Below are positions 62,594 through 64,000 of a stretch of 64,000 nucleotides of DNA, piece after piece. The DNA is from Octopus bimaculoides (lineage: Eukaryota): positions 24,580,776 through 24,644,775 of the forward strand of contig NC_068981.1 of NCBI RefSeq assembly GCF_001194135.2, given 5' to 3'. How positions within the stretch are numbered: position 1 is the first letter of the stretch; every line of letters begins with the position of its first letter. A program made the translations under genes and the position numbers. A model generated the notes under the pieces. That model worked only from the letters and a program-made list of their open reading frames with translations, did not search any database and was not told where the DNA came from.

Positions 62594-63289
62594 CAGGAGT
62601 TCCCAACCTTATTTTGCTTGTAGACCCCTGAGACCTATCTTATCATCTGTGGACCCCATATATGGACATACTCTCTTTTACTTGTTTCAGTCATTTGACT
62701 GTGGCCATGCTGGAGCATCGCCTTTAGTCGAGCAAATTGACCCCGGGACTTATTCTCTGTAAGCCTAGTACTTATTCTATCGGTCTCTTTTGCCGAACCG
62801 CTAAGTTACTGGTACGTAAACACACCAGCATCGGTTGTCAAGCAATGTTGGGGGGACAAACACAGACACACAAACATACACACACATATATATACATTTA
62901 TACTATGTGCTTCTTTCAGTTTCCGTCTACCAAATCCATTCACAAGGCTATGGTCGGCCTGAAGCTATAGTAGAAGACACTTGCCCAAGGTGTCACGCAG
63001 TGGGACTGAACCCAGATCCATGTGGCTGGTAAGCAAGCTACTTACCACGCAGCCTTTTTAAATAAATCATTTGCTTGTAGGTTAGTAAAAACCAACAATG
63101 AAACAATTGTGTTATATTCATGACAAAAATTCCAAATAAAAATCTTGAAAATTTCAATAAATACAAGGACCTTTCCTAGTAAGCAAGACTTATATATGGA
63201 CCCACAAATTACAATCTTTTACTCGTGGACCCCCTTAAAGCTTCTATGGACCACTGGGGGTCCATGTGGACCCCGGTTGGGAACCCCTG
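62594..63289. mobile_element. hAT-type MITE with nested SINE A (62672-63054, -)
   Basis: TIR CAGGAGTTCCCAACC / GGTTGGGAACCCCTG; TSD CTCTAGAT/CCCTAGAT. Confidence 0.85.
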
Positions 63290-63537
63290 CCCTAGATGCT
63301 GAGCAGAGTGACTGAGCATATGCCATAATGTTTTACCAAATGATGATTTTAACCACTTGGTCCTATTTACATCTGCACTTGTATGTATATATGTATTGAT
63401 ATGCACACTAACTCACAAACACCCACAAATATATGTATTTGTATACACGCACACATTTCTCTATCTATCTGTATGTGTGTGTGATTGTATACAGTTCTAC
63501 ATTTTGTATACAGTTCTACATTTATTAATGTATGTAC

Positions 63538-63700
63538 ACTCACTGAGTGGTTGGCATTAGGAAGGGCATCCAGCTGTAGAAACTCTGCCAAATCAGATTG
63601 GAGCCTGGTGTAGCCATCTGATTTCACCAGTCCTCAGTCAAATCGTCCAACCCATGCTAGCATGGAAAGCGGACATTAAACGATGATGATGATGATGATG
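63538..63700 (+). mobile_element. SINE family C 3' part
   Basis: Matches 32200-32368. Confidence 0.9.
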
Positions 63701-63791
63701 TAGATAGATATAATTATATACACGCACATTTATGTGTGTGTACGTGTGTGTAGTTAGAGATATAGAAATGTCATGATGATGATGATGAATT

Positions 63792-63832
<41 letters not shown>

Positions 63833-64000
63833 AAACATTTGTGCATACACAAGTGTATGTACATATATACACACATCCAAATATTCATATATTAGTGTAT
63901 TTTGATAGCAGCTTTTCTTTGAAGTATGTAGAGTTAAAGAAATGACCATATGTCATTTTTAATGAGTTTAATGTTGATTTTTTTTTTCTTCTTCACAAAA

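Noticed and set aside
1-64000. CRISPR arrays, operons, rRNA or intact tRNA genes
   Set aside because: None seen; all tRNA-like sequences are SINE heads

Overview
Eukaryotic, AT-rich, microsatellite-saturated draft-assembly sequence with many N gaps. The repeat families suggest a cephalopod, most likely Octopus (inference). I could not identify any host protein-coding gene with confidence, and almost all ORF-track entries are microsatellite or N artefacts. The window is a mosaic of five SINE families (local names A-E), hAT- and piggyBac-type MITEs with clear target-site duplications (TSDs), and decayed coding fragments of Mariner, Helitron, L1/Tx1, RTE, R4/Dong and Penelope (GIY-YIG) elements. 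Five observations stand out. (1) Several distinct short Penelope-type repeats carry hammerhead-ribozyme motifs, including a candidate non-circularly permuted hammerhead (255-315, minus) whose stem I shows compensatory changes in a second copy (38930-38988). (2) A near-full-length U6 snRNA is fused to a (GAT)n-tailed SINE (31848-32368). (3) The same SINE 3' tail is fused in sense to an intact L1/Tx1 RT fragment and to a Helitron fragment, hinting at retro-capture of unrelated RNAs. (4) A 572-bp foldback element has a (CCCTAA)n-(TTAGGG)n palindrome at its centre. (5) Alternating CpG-retaining and CpG-depleted domains imply a methylated gene body whose exons I could not resolve. All RNA structures were folded by eye and are untested.
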